The notes beneath the pieces are model-generated. The model ran no database searches and was not told where the DNA came from. It worked only from the letters and a program-made list of their open reading frames with translations. A DNA stretch of 64,000 nucleotides. It comes from Adineta vaga. Lineage: Eukaryota; Animalia; Rotifera. Positions 13,781-26,002 of the stretch are shown here, one piece after another. The stretch lies in assembly GCA_021613535.1 (NCBI GenBank), contig CP075493.1:16616001-16680000 (forward strand), given 5' to 3'. Position numbers and translations under genes: made by a program. Within the stretch, counting starts at the first letter, position 1. Every line of letters starts with the position of its first letter.

Positions 13781-14163
13781 TGAATTCTTTAAACTGAATG
13801 ATGCTTCGGCTTGTTAACAAAACAAGATTATGATTTTTTTATTATTAGCTGATGAAAACAAAAATTTAACTGTGGTGAATCCCATTTTGTAATAAGAAAC
13901 AAAAGCAAATACAACACACACATCTATGTGATCATGATCAAAAAAGAGAAAGAACCCTTATTTGTATAAACAACCATGAATAATTCCAAGGTTTCGTTTG
14001 TACGATGTGGGTAAATACACAGTTTGATTTTTCTAACCCAGAAAAGAGAAAGAATATTTATTCAAACAATCATTTCAATTTCAATTACGTAGTTGTCTTT
14101 CTCTTTGTATAGAAGCCTCTTTACTTGTCTGTATTTGATTTTTTGTTTATAACAGCGAAAAAG
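13781..14163. promoter_or_regulatory. Putative bidirectional promoter between the TRPM and TIR genes
   Basis: About 380 bp separate the divergent start codons. Function is inferred from geometry only. Confidence 0.45.
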
Positions 14164-16232
14164 ATGAGTAACGATACTGTAGACAAACGTCAACACTTTG
14201 ATGTTCTTCGAAACATCGAAAACTGGTTAAAAGTATTGACTAATCCAAAAAATCTTAACACGACAATGAAGTTATTTGAAGATGAAGATATCAAGGAAAT
14301 TGGTGATTGTTTCTCTGAAAATTTAAAGAAAATATTTGCTGTGTTAATGCCGACGAAACGTGCACAACTTCTCATTATAACATTTACAAGATTAATTCAT
14401 ATTTATGATGCCGATCAGAATGAATACATTACATCCCAACCAGCATTTTTATCTGTGACTAAAACTATTGTAAACGATATTTCTAACCTAATGAATCCAG
14501 ATGAATACGCTGATTATCATACAGAAATACTCAATCTACTTTTCAAGACTTTTGCAAAAGATAATTTTCTCATTCATTGTCTTCAAGAATTCTTTCCAAA
14601 TAAACCAATATCAACTACAAGTAAGTTTAAATTACCATCATTGTTAAAACAGATTTAGCTATATGATAGATTACATTTAGACTTTAACAGTATAACGATT
14701 ATTTAGATCCCGATGTGAACAACAAACAACGTTCACAAACGACTTTTGATGATATCAAAGATTGTCTATTACAGTTAATCGAACTGGCTTATGATCCTCG
14801 AGAAATAACTACTCTTCAATCTGCAGAAGATTTCAGTCACAATTATCGATCTCTGATAGAATGGTTACTTGCATATACCGATGAGTTTCTCAATTGTTAT
14901 GATGAGCATGTTGACTCCGAATCTCAACTCGATAACATCGATAATATATTCGGTATAATAATAAATTTAGCTGACATAATTTCGTTAGTACCGATGTTTA
15001 TTGACGCTAAATATGCCGAAACGACTGTTAAATGGTTAATACAACCATCGTTACTTGATTTTATTTATCAATTTGGAGAAAGCATTATGCGGCTTATATA
15101 CAATCTCTCCAGACATAAAAAAGGTTTGAAAAAATTGCGAGAAATTGGAACATTTAAGATTTTGATGGAGCATAAGGAGCTTATAAAGAAAACAGGTAAT
15201 CCCGATTTAATCGAATCATTTGGCATGCTATTAATTGCGTTAGCAAGAAATGACGATGAAGAAAAACAAAATGAAGATGTTATCCTACCAGTTAGTGCCA
15301 ATCTTTTCGAGAGTATCAAGAAAGCTTTCAGTAGTGAAGACTGGAGACATGATGGATGTCATTTGTCCGAATATCTTTATTCACTTCAAGGTGCATTTTC
15401 AAACAAAACGATTGTCCAACATATATTGGGTGATTCAAACCATGTGAAAAAAGATAATATTCAAATTTTTATAGAACTTTTCCGTTCCAATTATGGTCTA
15501 TTATTTAATCAAGATGTAAATGATCTCGAGAAGCTTGTTGTCAAGTCTTTATTAAATATTATTTTGTGCATTTCGAATTATAAAGAATATCGTTCTGTAC
15601 TAACTGATGATGTTTTTTTAGGCGTTATTATTGAAAGTCTTTCTAAACAACCTAGACAAGCTGTTGCCAAACGAATTTGGTCAAATCTTAACCATTCTGA
15701 AAATTCAAAATCGTTTTTAAATAAATTAAAAAAAGACAAAACAACAGAGATCTATATTAGTTATAACTGGACTGATGGAGAATATTGTCGTAAATTTGTT
15801 AAGTCTTTACGTGAACAGAGAAAATTTTCAATTTGGGTCGATTATGAAGAAACAGATGAAAATGAAGATCCTTGGGATTATGTAGCGCCAGTTATTGAAT
15901 CTGCGACAGTAATTATTATCTTAGCATCGAGTGCTTATGCTTATAGTAAACATAATCGCCAGGAATTAAATTATGCAATGCGATCCGAATTATCCGGCGA
16001 GAAAAAAAATTTTATCGCCGTCAATATTGAACCTACATTTCATTTTGATCCATTGCGGATAAACGATTCGTTAACAGTAGATGAAATCTTATCGAATGGG
16101 GATAGTATCGAAACATTGGCTCTTAAAACTGCTGTTCACATAGATCTTTTAAAGTGCAAAACACAAGTGTCACATTCGAGCTCATCTACCACTATCAGTA
16201 CCATTCAATCAATTGTTTGTACTCTCATGTGA
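14164..16232 (+). CDS. ARM/helical-repeat + TIR (TIR_2-type) protein with C-terminal CaaX; exons 14164..14620 and 14707..16232
   Basis: TIR motifs IYISYNW, SIWVD, IESATVIIILAS, S..NRQELNYA. ARM-like LIYNLSRH. Ends CTLM*. An 86-nt phase-1 GT-AG intron joins the ORFs. Confidence 0.88.
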
Positions 16233-17206
16233 ATAAACAGAACACTAGTTTTCATTTCGTAGAATCTTACATGATAACTTTGCGTATAAACATTAATCAT
16301 ATTTTTCCTATCTGGTGATATTTTTTCCAACTGTAAAACCTTGTTTTACTTGTATGTTCAGTATGATCGAATATAGTTTGAATGAAAGAATAATTCACTT
16401 TCCTCTCAATGTTGGAAATTTATTTTCTTGCTAAAAATATTATTTTTGCCTTGAATCGAACTATATATAAGACGAACATATAGAGAAAAATTTTAAGTGA
16501 AAAAAATGCATATGTTATTTACAAATTTTATTTTTTCTCATCGTTCTGGTCATTTTACTTCCCCAGGTACTAAGGGTGCGACCTGTGGAACCTACACTCC
16601 ATTATACATCGATCTATACTTGTTGTAATGGGATAGTTAAATTTGGACAAAGTTTTATACGTAGTAAATAGACTATCATGTATAGTTTTCAATATTTTTT
16701 TGCCTCCGTTATAAAGATTTTGATCTTTTATCAGTTTTATTCTATTATTTTAATCATGAATAAATATTAAGATATCATTATCATATATCACGAGTTTCTC
16801 ATTTTGAAGATGAGGATAATCACGCTCACACGTTCTGTTTTAAATTGCTATTGTCTCTCGTACGCGATCATATTTCATGAATTTCTAAATATAATTTACG
16901 TAGAAAACTATCGAATGATTCAAGATTGATAACCATACGAAGAAATATTATCAAAATTATTCGCTTCTTTTATTGTTGAAATTTTCTTGATGACAGGACA
17001 TTACCAGTAACGTTATGACCTAGTAGAACGATATAAAATATATTATCTTCAACTTGATGACACATAATACGATACAGAAGATGGATTTAGTTTTTCTTTA
17101 TATTAGATATTCTCGTTGATCTTTTCTTTCTTCAAAACACTTCTACAGAGATGTTTCATCTGATATTTGTGTTTATTTCTCTTCTGTACGATGTTGAAGG
17201 GAAACC

Positions 17207-17271
17207 ATCTTGAGGGTGAGGGTGGGTGGGTGTGGGTTAAATTGAATAAGTAACACCCACACCCTCAATAT
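17207..17271. mobile_element. Telomere-repeat hairpin mini-element (core TTAAATTGAATAAGTAA)
   Basis: atcttgagggtgagggtgggtgggtgtggg-core-cacccacaccctcaatat. A similar core occurs at about 59302. Confidence 0.8.
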
Positions 17272-17434
17272 GGGAATTCAGTATCCGATTCCGATTCTAT
17301 TTCGCCTCACAGATTTGTGAAACCACCACCATCATTATCATCTGTAACTTCTACGGAGCTTGTAAGTTCAAATCGTACTCTGGAGAAGTCATCATTCAAA
17401 CTGCTCATATGACTTTGTGAGTGGCCACTTGCCT

Positions 17435-18939
17435 CCCATGTAAACATTTTTTGGGTCAAAACGCGGTTCGAGCGCGTGTCGAACGCGTCTAAATTGAAGC
17501 AGTTGAGCGCGTCTTGACGCGTCCCTGGTGAAACAATCGAGGCGTCTAGATGCGTTCCATGATAAACTGCATCTGAACGCGATTAAAAAGTGATTGCGTC
17601 TAAACGCACTTCGATTTGGAGCTGCGTCCTCCATGAAACAATCGGGGCGTCTAGACGCGGTTCAGTTAAATTTAAAAATTAGGCAAAAAATCGATCAACT
17701 CATCTCAGATTCGAACAGAGTCGCCATCCACATTATATCCTGATGGTCTTAGCTTATCCTAGCCTATGATTTGAATTTTTAACTTACGTGACGAGAAGCG
17801 GATTTGAACATGTGAACCATAGATCAGAAGTCATGAACATACACCATTGAGCCATACTTACTCGAAACATATTCTTATTCAAAACGATATCTATTTGATT
17901 ATATACTTTTGAACTTAAAGACAAAGATAATAATATTCACATCTACCTATGGAGAAAACGTAATACGCTGTTTTACTTTCGTTTTCAATAATTAGCAAAT
18001 CATCTCAAATAAAATTTCATATTTTTTGTCTTCCCTGACTCTAATTATATTCGAAATATTGTTTACAAATATAGATTTTGAATGTGAACTAGATAAATCA
18101 CATACATACAACTAATGAGTTCTAGCTGAATTATTAGATTTGACTGCAACAAAAGATATAAATTGGTTGTTGAAAAATACTTTTAAACACAAATAAATGA
18201 CGATTTCTATCTAATTATTCTGTTTTCGATCTAACATAAATATTTTCCGATTAAAAGTATTTTCAAATAGAAAACTTTCTCTATGTATTCAAAAGATGTA
18301 AATACATGGTATTTTTTAAGAGGAGTTTTGATCTAGATTACTAAAAGCAAACGCATTGAGACAGATTTTAGAAAATTATTCGCATCTAGATGCGTTTCTA
18401 GACAATTCAAGCTGCAACGCGACGCGACTAAATTATTAAACGCACATCGACGCTCAGAAATATTTTTAATAGGTGCGTCTAACCGCGTTTCGTACAGAAT
18501 TCTTAATGAGATGTACCTTAAATATTCTCAGTTGCGTCTAAATGCGTTTGGAAAACGTTTTTAGCCGCAATCAGACGCTACTTCATACAAAAACGCGTTG
18601 GGTTGCGTTTCATATAAGTTTTAGGTGCGTCTAGATGCGTTCCAGATGTAGTCGCGTTTAACTGAGGTTATGTTTCTCGATAGAAAACGCACCCAAACGC
18701 GATTCTACTAACAAATGCGTCTAGATGCAGCTCTAAATTCTTTTAACTGCGTCTAAACGCGGTCGTGTAGGGAATCGCGTTCAAATACAAGAAGAAATTA
18801 TTTTCTTCTGCGTTTAGTCGCAGTTGTATACAGATACGCGTTTGAACACGATAAATTTGAATTTAAACCGCGTCCAGATGCAATTTTCGAAAGCATACGC
18901 GGCTGAACGCGTTTATTCTGCGTCTGGTGTTTACATGGG
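17435..18939. mobile_element. Non-autonomous CACTA/EnSpm-like DNA element
   Basis: 12-bp TIR cccatgtaaaca / tgtttacatggg; dense ACGCG/GCGTCTAGA subterminal repeats at both ends; no coding capacity. Confidence 0.75.
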
Positions 18940-20409
18940 TATTACTCTTGGAAATGAGTTACTTAAACCAACTCCAGTATTACCTCCGAGTCCAAATCTT
19001 TGATATGTTCTTGAACCTCGAAAGCTACGTCTTCTAGTTGATCTGAGATCATCAGTCTGAAGACTTCCATACCCTTGAACATCGTTCATTTTAGTTAAAT
19101 ATATTTTGATACTATTTTCTCCGTGTAAGATTGAATAAATAATACTGCGGTTAGAAAATCGACGTTTTATATGTTTATACATAAAAGAACAAAAGACCAA
19201 ATTACATCAATCCATGTGTTTTCATTCACTTGGAAGAGAAAAATAATATTATTTCTTTTGACAATATTGTCATAGAAATTAGAAACTTTATTATAAACGA
19301 TACAAAAACAAATGTATGCAGTATATACTCATATCAAGACAACATACTTATCTCTTTTCTTAAGGAAAAACATTAAAAAATTCTTTTTTAATCAATCGAT
19401 AGAGCGTGTTTCGCTCTATTTTTCTGCGTGAATTGTTCATTCCCTAACTCTTTATAAGTTAGTAAATTTTCGAGAAAAAGCATTTTTTCTTGCCACTCGC
19501 TGGTAGCAATAGTCGATACCTTTGTCCATATGCATTTTTTCACGTGTTTTTTCTCATTCTTTTATTACGTTTTCTTCTTCTTATCGCGTATGACGATTCT
19601 CTCTCACATATCTTCTATTCCAACAAAATCAATTTATTGTGCTATGTAACCAAATTTAGATAAATCAAAATCTCTATATTTTCAGTTAGTTGGATTTTCC
19701 GTTTATTTTTAATGAAAACTTGTTTTTTTCTTTATAAAGACTATGGTATTTATAAACTATTACCATTAGGTATTGATCCAACTCCAACACAAAAAATTAT
19801 GGGATATGAATTGTCATGCAGTTAGAATTTAAATATTTTGTAATAACAATTCATGAAAAACTTTTGTACTTTTTGATTTTTTTCTCGTGACTAGAAGTAA
19901 TTAAAGAAAAACTTTTTTTACCATTAGAAAGCCCGTTTGATGCTCTACAAAATCTGTTCATGGAGCATTTCCTTTGAACAGCAACATTCGCAGGAAATTA
20001 AGATTTAAATGAGTTCACTCCAAAGTCAGGGTCCTTTTATGTAACAGCGTTACGCGATAAAAAAATCTTTCTAGGAGTTCAAAAGTTTAATCAAAAATAC
20101 TCATTTTTATAGCATAAATAGAAGAAGACAAGCTGCATCGAATAGTGTTTCTGGAAAGGAAGTGAACTAATACAGTCCAAACTTGGCAGATTGAATGATG
20201 TAAAATATAATGATTAAAAAATATCGGTATTTGTAAATTTTTTGAAAGAGTGTGCACATATTTCGCAGTATTGATACGATATATAGTTTCATAAAGAATC
20301 TAAACTAGACGTACACCGGAACAGCATAAGTAATTTTATATTTTGAAAGAAAGTCTTTCGAATTCCGTACTCTACAAGAGTATATTCCACACTATAAGAT
20401 TATTGAACA

Positions 20410-22169
20410 TTAATTCATATTTGCTGGCTTATCTTGAGGGTGTGGGTGTGGATGTGGGTGTGAAAGAAGAGGAGATACCCACACCCACACCCACACCCTC
20501 AAGATGCTACCATATGTATTAGCAAGATTCGGATGAAATGGTGGAAGATACTTTCTGTTAATTTCAAGAGCTTTCGTGTAAGAAGATAGTGCTATTGAAT
20601 AATCTCCTAATGATTGATAATTATTGCCAAAACTACGATGAATAACAGACTCCAATTCAACATATTTTACTGGAAGTAAATTTTGGAGGATATCAAGAGC
20701 CTTTTTATAGTATGATGATGCCATGGAATAATCATCTAAGGTATGGTATACCATGCCAAGACTATTGTAAACTTGAGCTACTAGTGGATGATTGGGTGAA
20801 AGGACTTTTTCTATTGTTTCAAGCATATTTTCGTACCACAATAATGCAGTTGAGTAATCTCCAAGAGATGCATATGCTGTAGCACTGTTAAGGAAAAGAA
20901 CAGGTAGAGACGTAGCTATTTCTTTTTTACTACTGTTCATCAATGTCTCAAACAATGTGTTATAGATTTTTAAAACTTTTTCAAATTGTCCCATTTTAAA
21001 CATTAAACCAGCCATACGCATCCATCCCGATCCATCTCCAATTTCTATCATATCACCTAAGTGAAAGATAGTGTGCATTGAAAAAAGAATTTCTTTTTCT
21101 GATTCAGCATAGAAACTAATATCATCCAAGGCAGCAAATGGAACTGACGATATGGATGGATCAATTTCTATTTGAAATAGAATTGCTACCACATTGGGAT
21201 TACCTCGAGTACTACGAGCAAACAACAATGAAACTTGTTGATCAATACTTGTCGATAAAAAGTTGTTAAAAGATAAAAGAGCACCTTTGTTGTTTTTCAT
21301 CTTTTCAAATTCTTCACGTGAAACTCCTTATCCTCGATAAATAATTGTTTTCGTCATTGAATTATTTGTTGAATGAACTCGTTCGATCTGTCGATGAAGA
21401 TCTTGAATAAAAAATGCCATTTTAATAATCATTTCGATATTTTGTTGTCTCAAAGATTGATTCTTTCGTATACCACCAAATAGGTGAATAAAGTTTGTAA
21501 TCACGTTCAAATATGTTAATCAAATCCAATAACATATGATTATACGCATATTCTCCACGACATAGACTTATAAATTCATCTTTTGCTTTTTCATCAAATT
21601 TCATTTCTAAGATGACTTCTTTCAATATTTGTGAATGCATAAATGATTGATCCAACTGATCGATGTCATATCATTTTCAACTTTATAAATGATACATTTT
21701 AATGCATGACAGATTGTATCCATATCAGAGAATATGGCTTGCACTTTTTAACCTTGTTTTGCATCATATTCATATCGAGTTTTACCATAATCATATACAT
21801 AAATAACCTTTACTTGATGAATATCGTTGAACAGTTGTAAAATCCATTGACTAAGATCGGCTGAGATAATCATGAATACTGTCTGATCTTTCAAATCAGT
21901 ATTCTTGAATATTTTCACAGAATTACACAAACAGCAAAGTTTATCAATAAACAAACTTATGTTTCCATTAGATTCACATGTGTTCATACCCAACCAGATA
22001 ATACAAAAGGAATCGGAAAAATGTACTCGAGGAAATCTTGATACAATATACTTTGGTTTTTCAATGGTACTGACACGATCAATCGGATGAACCGATGAAT
22101 TCGAAATTGTGCTGATTGAACTGAAGATGATTTGCTCACATGCACCGTGGTTTCCAAAGCGTGTTCCAT
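20410..22169 (-). pseudogene. ART (ADP-ribosyltransferase)-TPR pseudogene
   Basis: DQLDQSFM, SPIWWYTKE, IYRG, FNNFLSTS, SEKEILFSMHTIF and TPRs, broken across several frames; a hairpin insertion sits at its 3' end. Confidence 0.88.
20431..20505. mobile_element. Telomere-repeat hairpin mini-element, best-preserved copy (core GAAAGAAGAGGAGAT)
   Basis: atcttgaggg(tgtggg)n-core-(acccac)n-accctcaagat with a perfect terminal inverted match; lies inside TPR coding sequence. Confidence 0.88.
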
Positions 22170-24000
22170 GACGATATTCTACGACCTACGGTAAGTTTTA
22201 ATCTTGCTTATTTTTATTTGTTCAGTGCAAAATAGATTTCACGTTTGTTACACCGATGAATTGACTATTGCATGTATATTTAAAGAGTCCACATGTTGTT
22301 GCTTTCTTGCTTCAATACTCTTTTTTGTATTTATTGCCTCAGATTTTCTTTTTCTTTTCTTCTGTTCGTTTGTTTTTTATGTGGTAGGAATATTCACTCT
22401 TGCAAATAATATAATGTTTTCATGTTACAAATTCAAGTAAATTTTTCTAAACAGGAATATGAGAACATCAATATAATATATACAATGTTCGTTTTTCGAA
22501 ATAAAATACAAATATTCGCTATACATAGGACGAAAATAATTAATAATCCTTATCGATTATGAGCTTAAGCCTCTCTTTCGTTCACTTTTGCATAGAATCA
22601 CAGAATTACAAAAAATAAGGTAGATAAATATATAATAAATACTGCTTAGAATTAGAAGTGTGTACAGTAAATTTTATAATTTAAATTCAAAGACTTAAAG
22701 CCAATAAATCATTTAATCCTTGACGTAAACATTTACCATATGTTTATTCGTATTTAATAGAACTTCAAAAAGCTGATGATATACCAAATCAAATTCAATT
22801 CTTATTATTTCGTGATTTTTTGTTAAATCAATTTGTTCACTTAAAATTCGTAACATTCTATGGTATATTTTCAAATGAAATTCTTCGACTAACAATTTCG
22901 ATCCTATGTTATATTCATGATATCTATTCGTCAAGAAAGGAAGCTTTGATGCTACTGCATTGTTTCGATTATTTCACTGTACGCCAAATCTTCGTCATTT
23001 AACTACTCATATTGATACTACTGACGGGGAACATGCATTTCGTTGGAGGAAAGTTGTTTTTTTTGTTGACTTTTTGAAGAAATGGAAAGAGTGCTTTACG
23101 CAGAAGACACTCTTAAGTGTGAATAAACATCAGTCGAGGGTGAAATGAGTCGTTTCGATGAGTGTTACTTGTAAGTTCTAATTGAGAAAAAAAAACCAGT
23201 ATAAGAAAAGAGATAAGAAATTACCTTTTCAAAGTAGTGACTCATGCTTGGAAAAAAACCCAGTATAAGAAAAGAGAAACAAAAAGTTACAAAAATCATT
23301 AACAATCAGTGAATTCTATGTAATTTCGAACAGCTTGCGAAAGTGACAGCAACATGTACTAAAACAATAAGAAATTCATTTCTTTTCTTTGATCTGTATT
23401 CAATATTATACTTTTACTCTCTGTTATGAACCCAAATGGCTGCCTTCCGGTTTTGAAGTTTTCATTCATGAGAACAATCGTCTATGGTGCTCCCTTGAAT
23501 TCCTCACTACTACTACTTTTTCTATTTTTTACTCCTTAATTTCATGTGTTTTCTATCTTTCCCCACTTATTATTTTCATTACCTTAATTTGCTCTTTTTT
23601 CTCGTCTCTACTATATTAGCTCGCTTCTTCTTTGTTATCAGAAACATTCATTAGAGCGCCTCAATGACGTTTTCCATGGAGCTTCTAGCATATGAATCCT
23701 CTATATTATCAGATGTATTATCTTAGTAGCTTGTTTTTACTAAGATATGTCTTTGTAGCTGTCGTCTCATATATTTTTGTTTTGTTTCTAATGTATTGAA
23801 TAGTAGATAGTAGTTTATAGGAAAGAAGAACAAATATCATTACAATATTGCAACGTCATCATATTTTTTATTCTGTTCTCCTCTTTCGTTCCTATGTTGT
23901 CGTTGCTCGATAGCTTATACGGTATATATTTAGTGGTATTTTTTCTTTCTATCTCTTTTCTTTTTAATCGCTAAGATGGAGGTTCTCTTATGTATGTTGT

Positions 24001-24060
24001 GTATGTGTGTGAGTGTTGATATAGGTGTTGTTAAAGAGCAGACACCTACACCCACACCCC
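24001..24060. repeat. Degenerate telomere-repeat hairpin
   Basis: gtgtgagtgtt..taggtgt..acacctacacccacaccc. Confidence 0.45.
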
Positions 24061-24973
24061 AGTTTTTCCATCCCATTCTGAAGTTATACCAAAATACGTC
24101 TCTTTTAACATCCTAGGCGTAGATAAGATCAAACAGCTCGAGCAACAATATGAATGCTCTATCTCTGAAGTGAAGAAACGTTAATATCTAAGTAACTTTT
24201 ATTGAGTTTTGGTTTCGGTCGGCGTTATCCGCTGGCCCGCCCTCGTCCTTTATATGTACATAATTTAGCTGAATTTTTCGAGTTGCAACACAAATATGAC
24301 GGTGAATTGATTAGAATTATAAAATAACGTTCTCTTTTCTTTCTTCTTCCTAGAAAATTGTTTTTGTCTTCAAAAGAATTCTTTAATGAAGAAGAAGAAC
24401 ATATTTCAAAGAGTTATTTCTCTGTAAATATTTTGTTGTTCTTTTTAGTCACTTTCTGTTATTCAGAATGTGTTACAGATAGCTTATGCAATTACACTGT
24501 TTTCGTACAACATGACTTTTGCTCTTTCTTTCTGGCTGAGGTCGTATCGGCGAAAGAACGAGGAAGACATTTTTGTTTTTGATTAAAAGGATTTTTCCTA
24601 CCTGAGAGTTTTTTCCTTGCTATTAAAGGTAAACGTAAATATTCAACAAAACGTTTTCAAAAAACAAAGCTAAGCTTGCAAGCAGACAGAAATCTGTTAT
24701 CCTTTTTACAGCGGCAGCAGTGTAAAAAACGACAATAAGCAAGAGCATGGCTGTTAGGGATGTATATCTTTGACAGCTCGTTCCCTTTCTTTCTTGTGAC
24801 GTTTCTTTTGTTGTAAATTTTATCACTTATTTGTTTTGTAAAATGATCTTGAATTCAAACCAAAAGTCTGTCCCTTGTCCTTTCAACTATTTCCTATATC
24901 TCTCTTTAAATCTCTCACTCGTTCTCTCGGTTTTCTAGATCTAAAACCTTACCATTAATAAAGAGATTCAACA

Positions 24974-25249
24974 ATGGCTAATAGACCGTCACGTTCACGT
25001 ATGACAGAAGATGACGCTGAACCATTGATCGTCGCACAGGGATATAAAAAAGCGAATCTTCGCCTTCACGGTAGAGCTGTTTATTTCAATCCAAAGCAAC
25101 CAAGTAATCTTCAATATATTACCTACGATGTGGACGGACATAATGGTGGTGTCTGGAAAGCTGGAGATAAGAAGTGGGCTGAGGGTGGAGGTAGAAGCAC
25201 GAGTCGAAGCGGAACCTATGACGAAAATTTGAAGAAAATTGGAAAGTAA
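24974..25249 (+). CDS. Stand-alone Ntox21-family (CdiA-CT / colicin E3-like) RNase toxin, 91 aa
   Basis: GYKK...HG..VY...YITYDVDGHNGGVWK...RSGTYDENL matches the DxDxH, NGGxWK and RxG[ST] hallmarks. ACAATGG start context; AATAAA downstream (about 25316 and 25339). Confidence 0.85.
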   Translation: MANRPSRSRMTEDDAEPLIVAQGYKKANLRLHGRAVYFNPKQPSNLQYITYDVDGHNGGVWKAGDKKWAEGGGRSTSRSGTYDENLKKIGK

Positions 25250-26002
25250 TTTAGTTTTTTATAATTATTTTATACGTGTTTGCTTACTATTCTCTTTATA
25301 TTCCTGACTCTTATAAATAAATATGATATCCAAATAAGAATAAATTTTATCCTTCAGTTATAGCAGTATGTTAGTTTCGAACAAGGTTGTGGGGTGCAAG
25401 TGGGGGAAGAAGTCATAGAGCCAAAACCTCCTAATTTGTTTATGAGAAAAGATCAAAAGAGAGAGAAAAAGAAAGAAACCATCACATAAATCTCTCATAT
25501 AAATTCAAAAATGAAAATATTGTTTAATAATTGATGTGCGTTTCTGGTTTGAAAAGAAGAGAAGAGAAAAAACAAAAGTATTTCTAGAGGTTGAGGGTGG
25601 GTGAGTTAGAGAAAGAAATATGAAAGAGTTTGATGTAAGATGCAAAAGATTCGTTCGTCCACGAAAAGATAAAGTTAATCATAAGATATATCCACTTAGA
25701 TATGCTCGAATAAGTACGAGAAACTTATCCGAAAAGATCATTAAATCAGAGTAGGAATCGAACCTACATCTTCCGATAACCGGTCGTTTCTGATGTTTGG
25801 TGAACGTTCTGACTATTTTGTCTATGTCACTTTTGTATTGCTTTGCCTTATTATTTGTGCCTCTGGTGTTTATATGCTTATCATTTTAATCGAGTGTGCT
25901 TATGCCGTGTATGCTTTTGCGTTTAGATGACAGTATTTTGACCTTTATTGTTCGTGTATCGCTCTCAGACACGGTATGCAGTGGAGCTCTAACGCTCTTT
26001 AA

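Noticed and set aside
17785-17860. tRNA gene
   Set aside because: Only a degenerate B-box-like motif on the minus strand inside a transposon; no credible cloverleaf.
22713-23030. F-box/LRR-like gene fragment (..HCTPNLRHLTT..)
   Set aside because: Too short and broken to support a call.
25745-25790. tRNA gene
   Set aside because: GGTTCGATTCC B-box on the minus strand, but the 5' half is missing; at most a SINE or tRNA remnant.
25250-26000. Immunity gene for the Ntox21 toxin
   Set aside because: No ORF of 60 aa or more downstream in the track; the sequence looks like 3' UTR and repeats.
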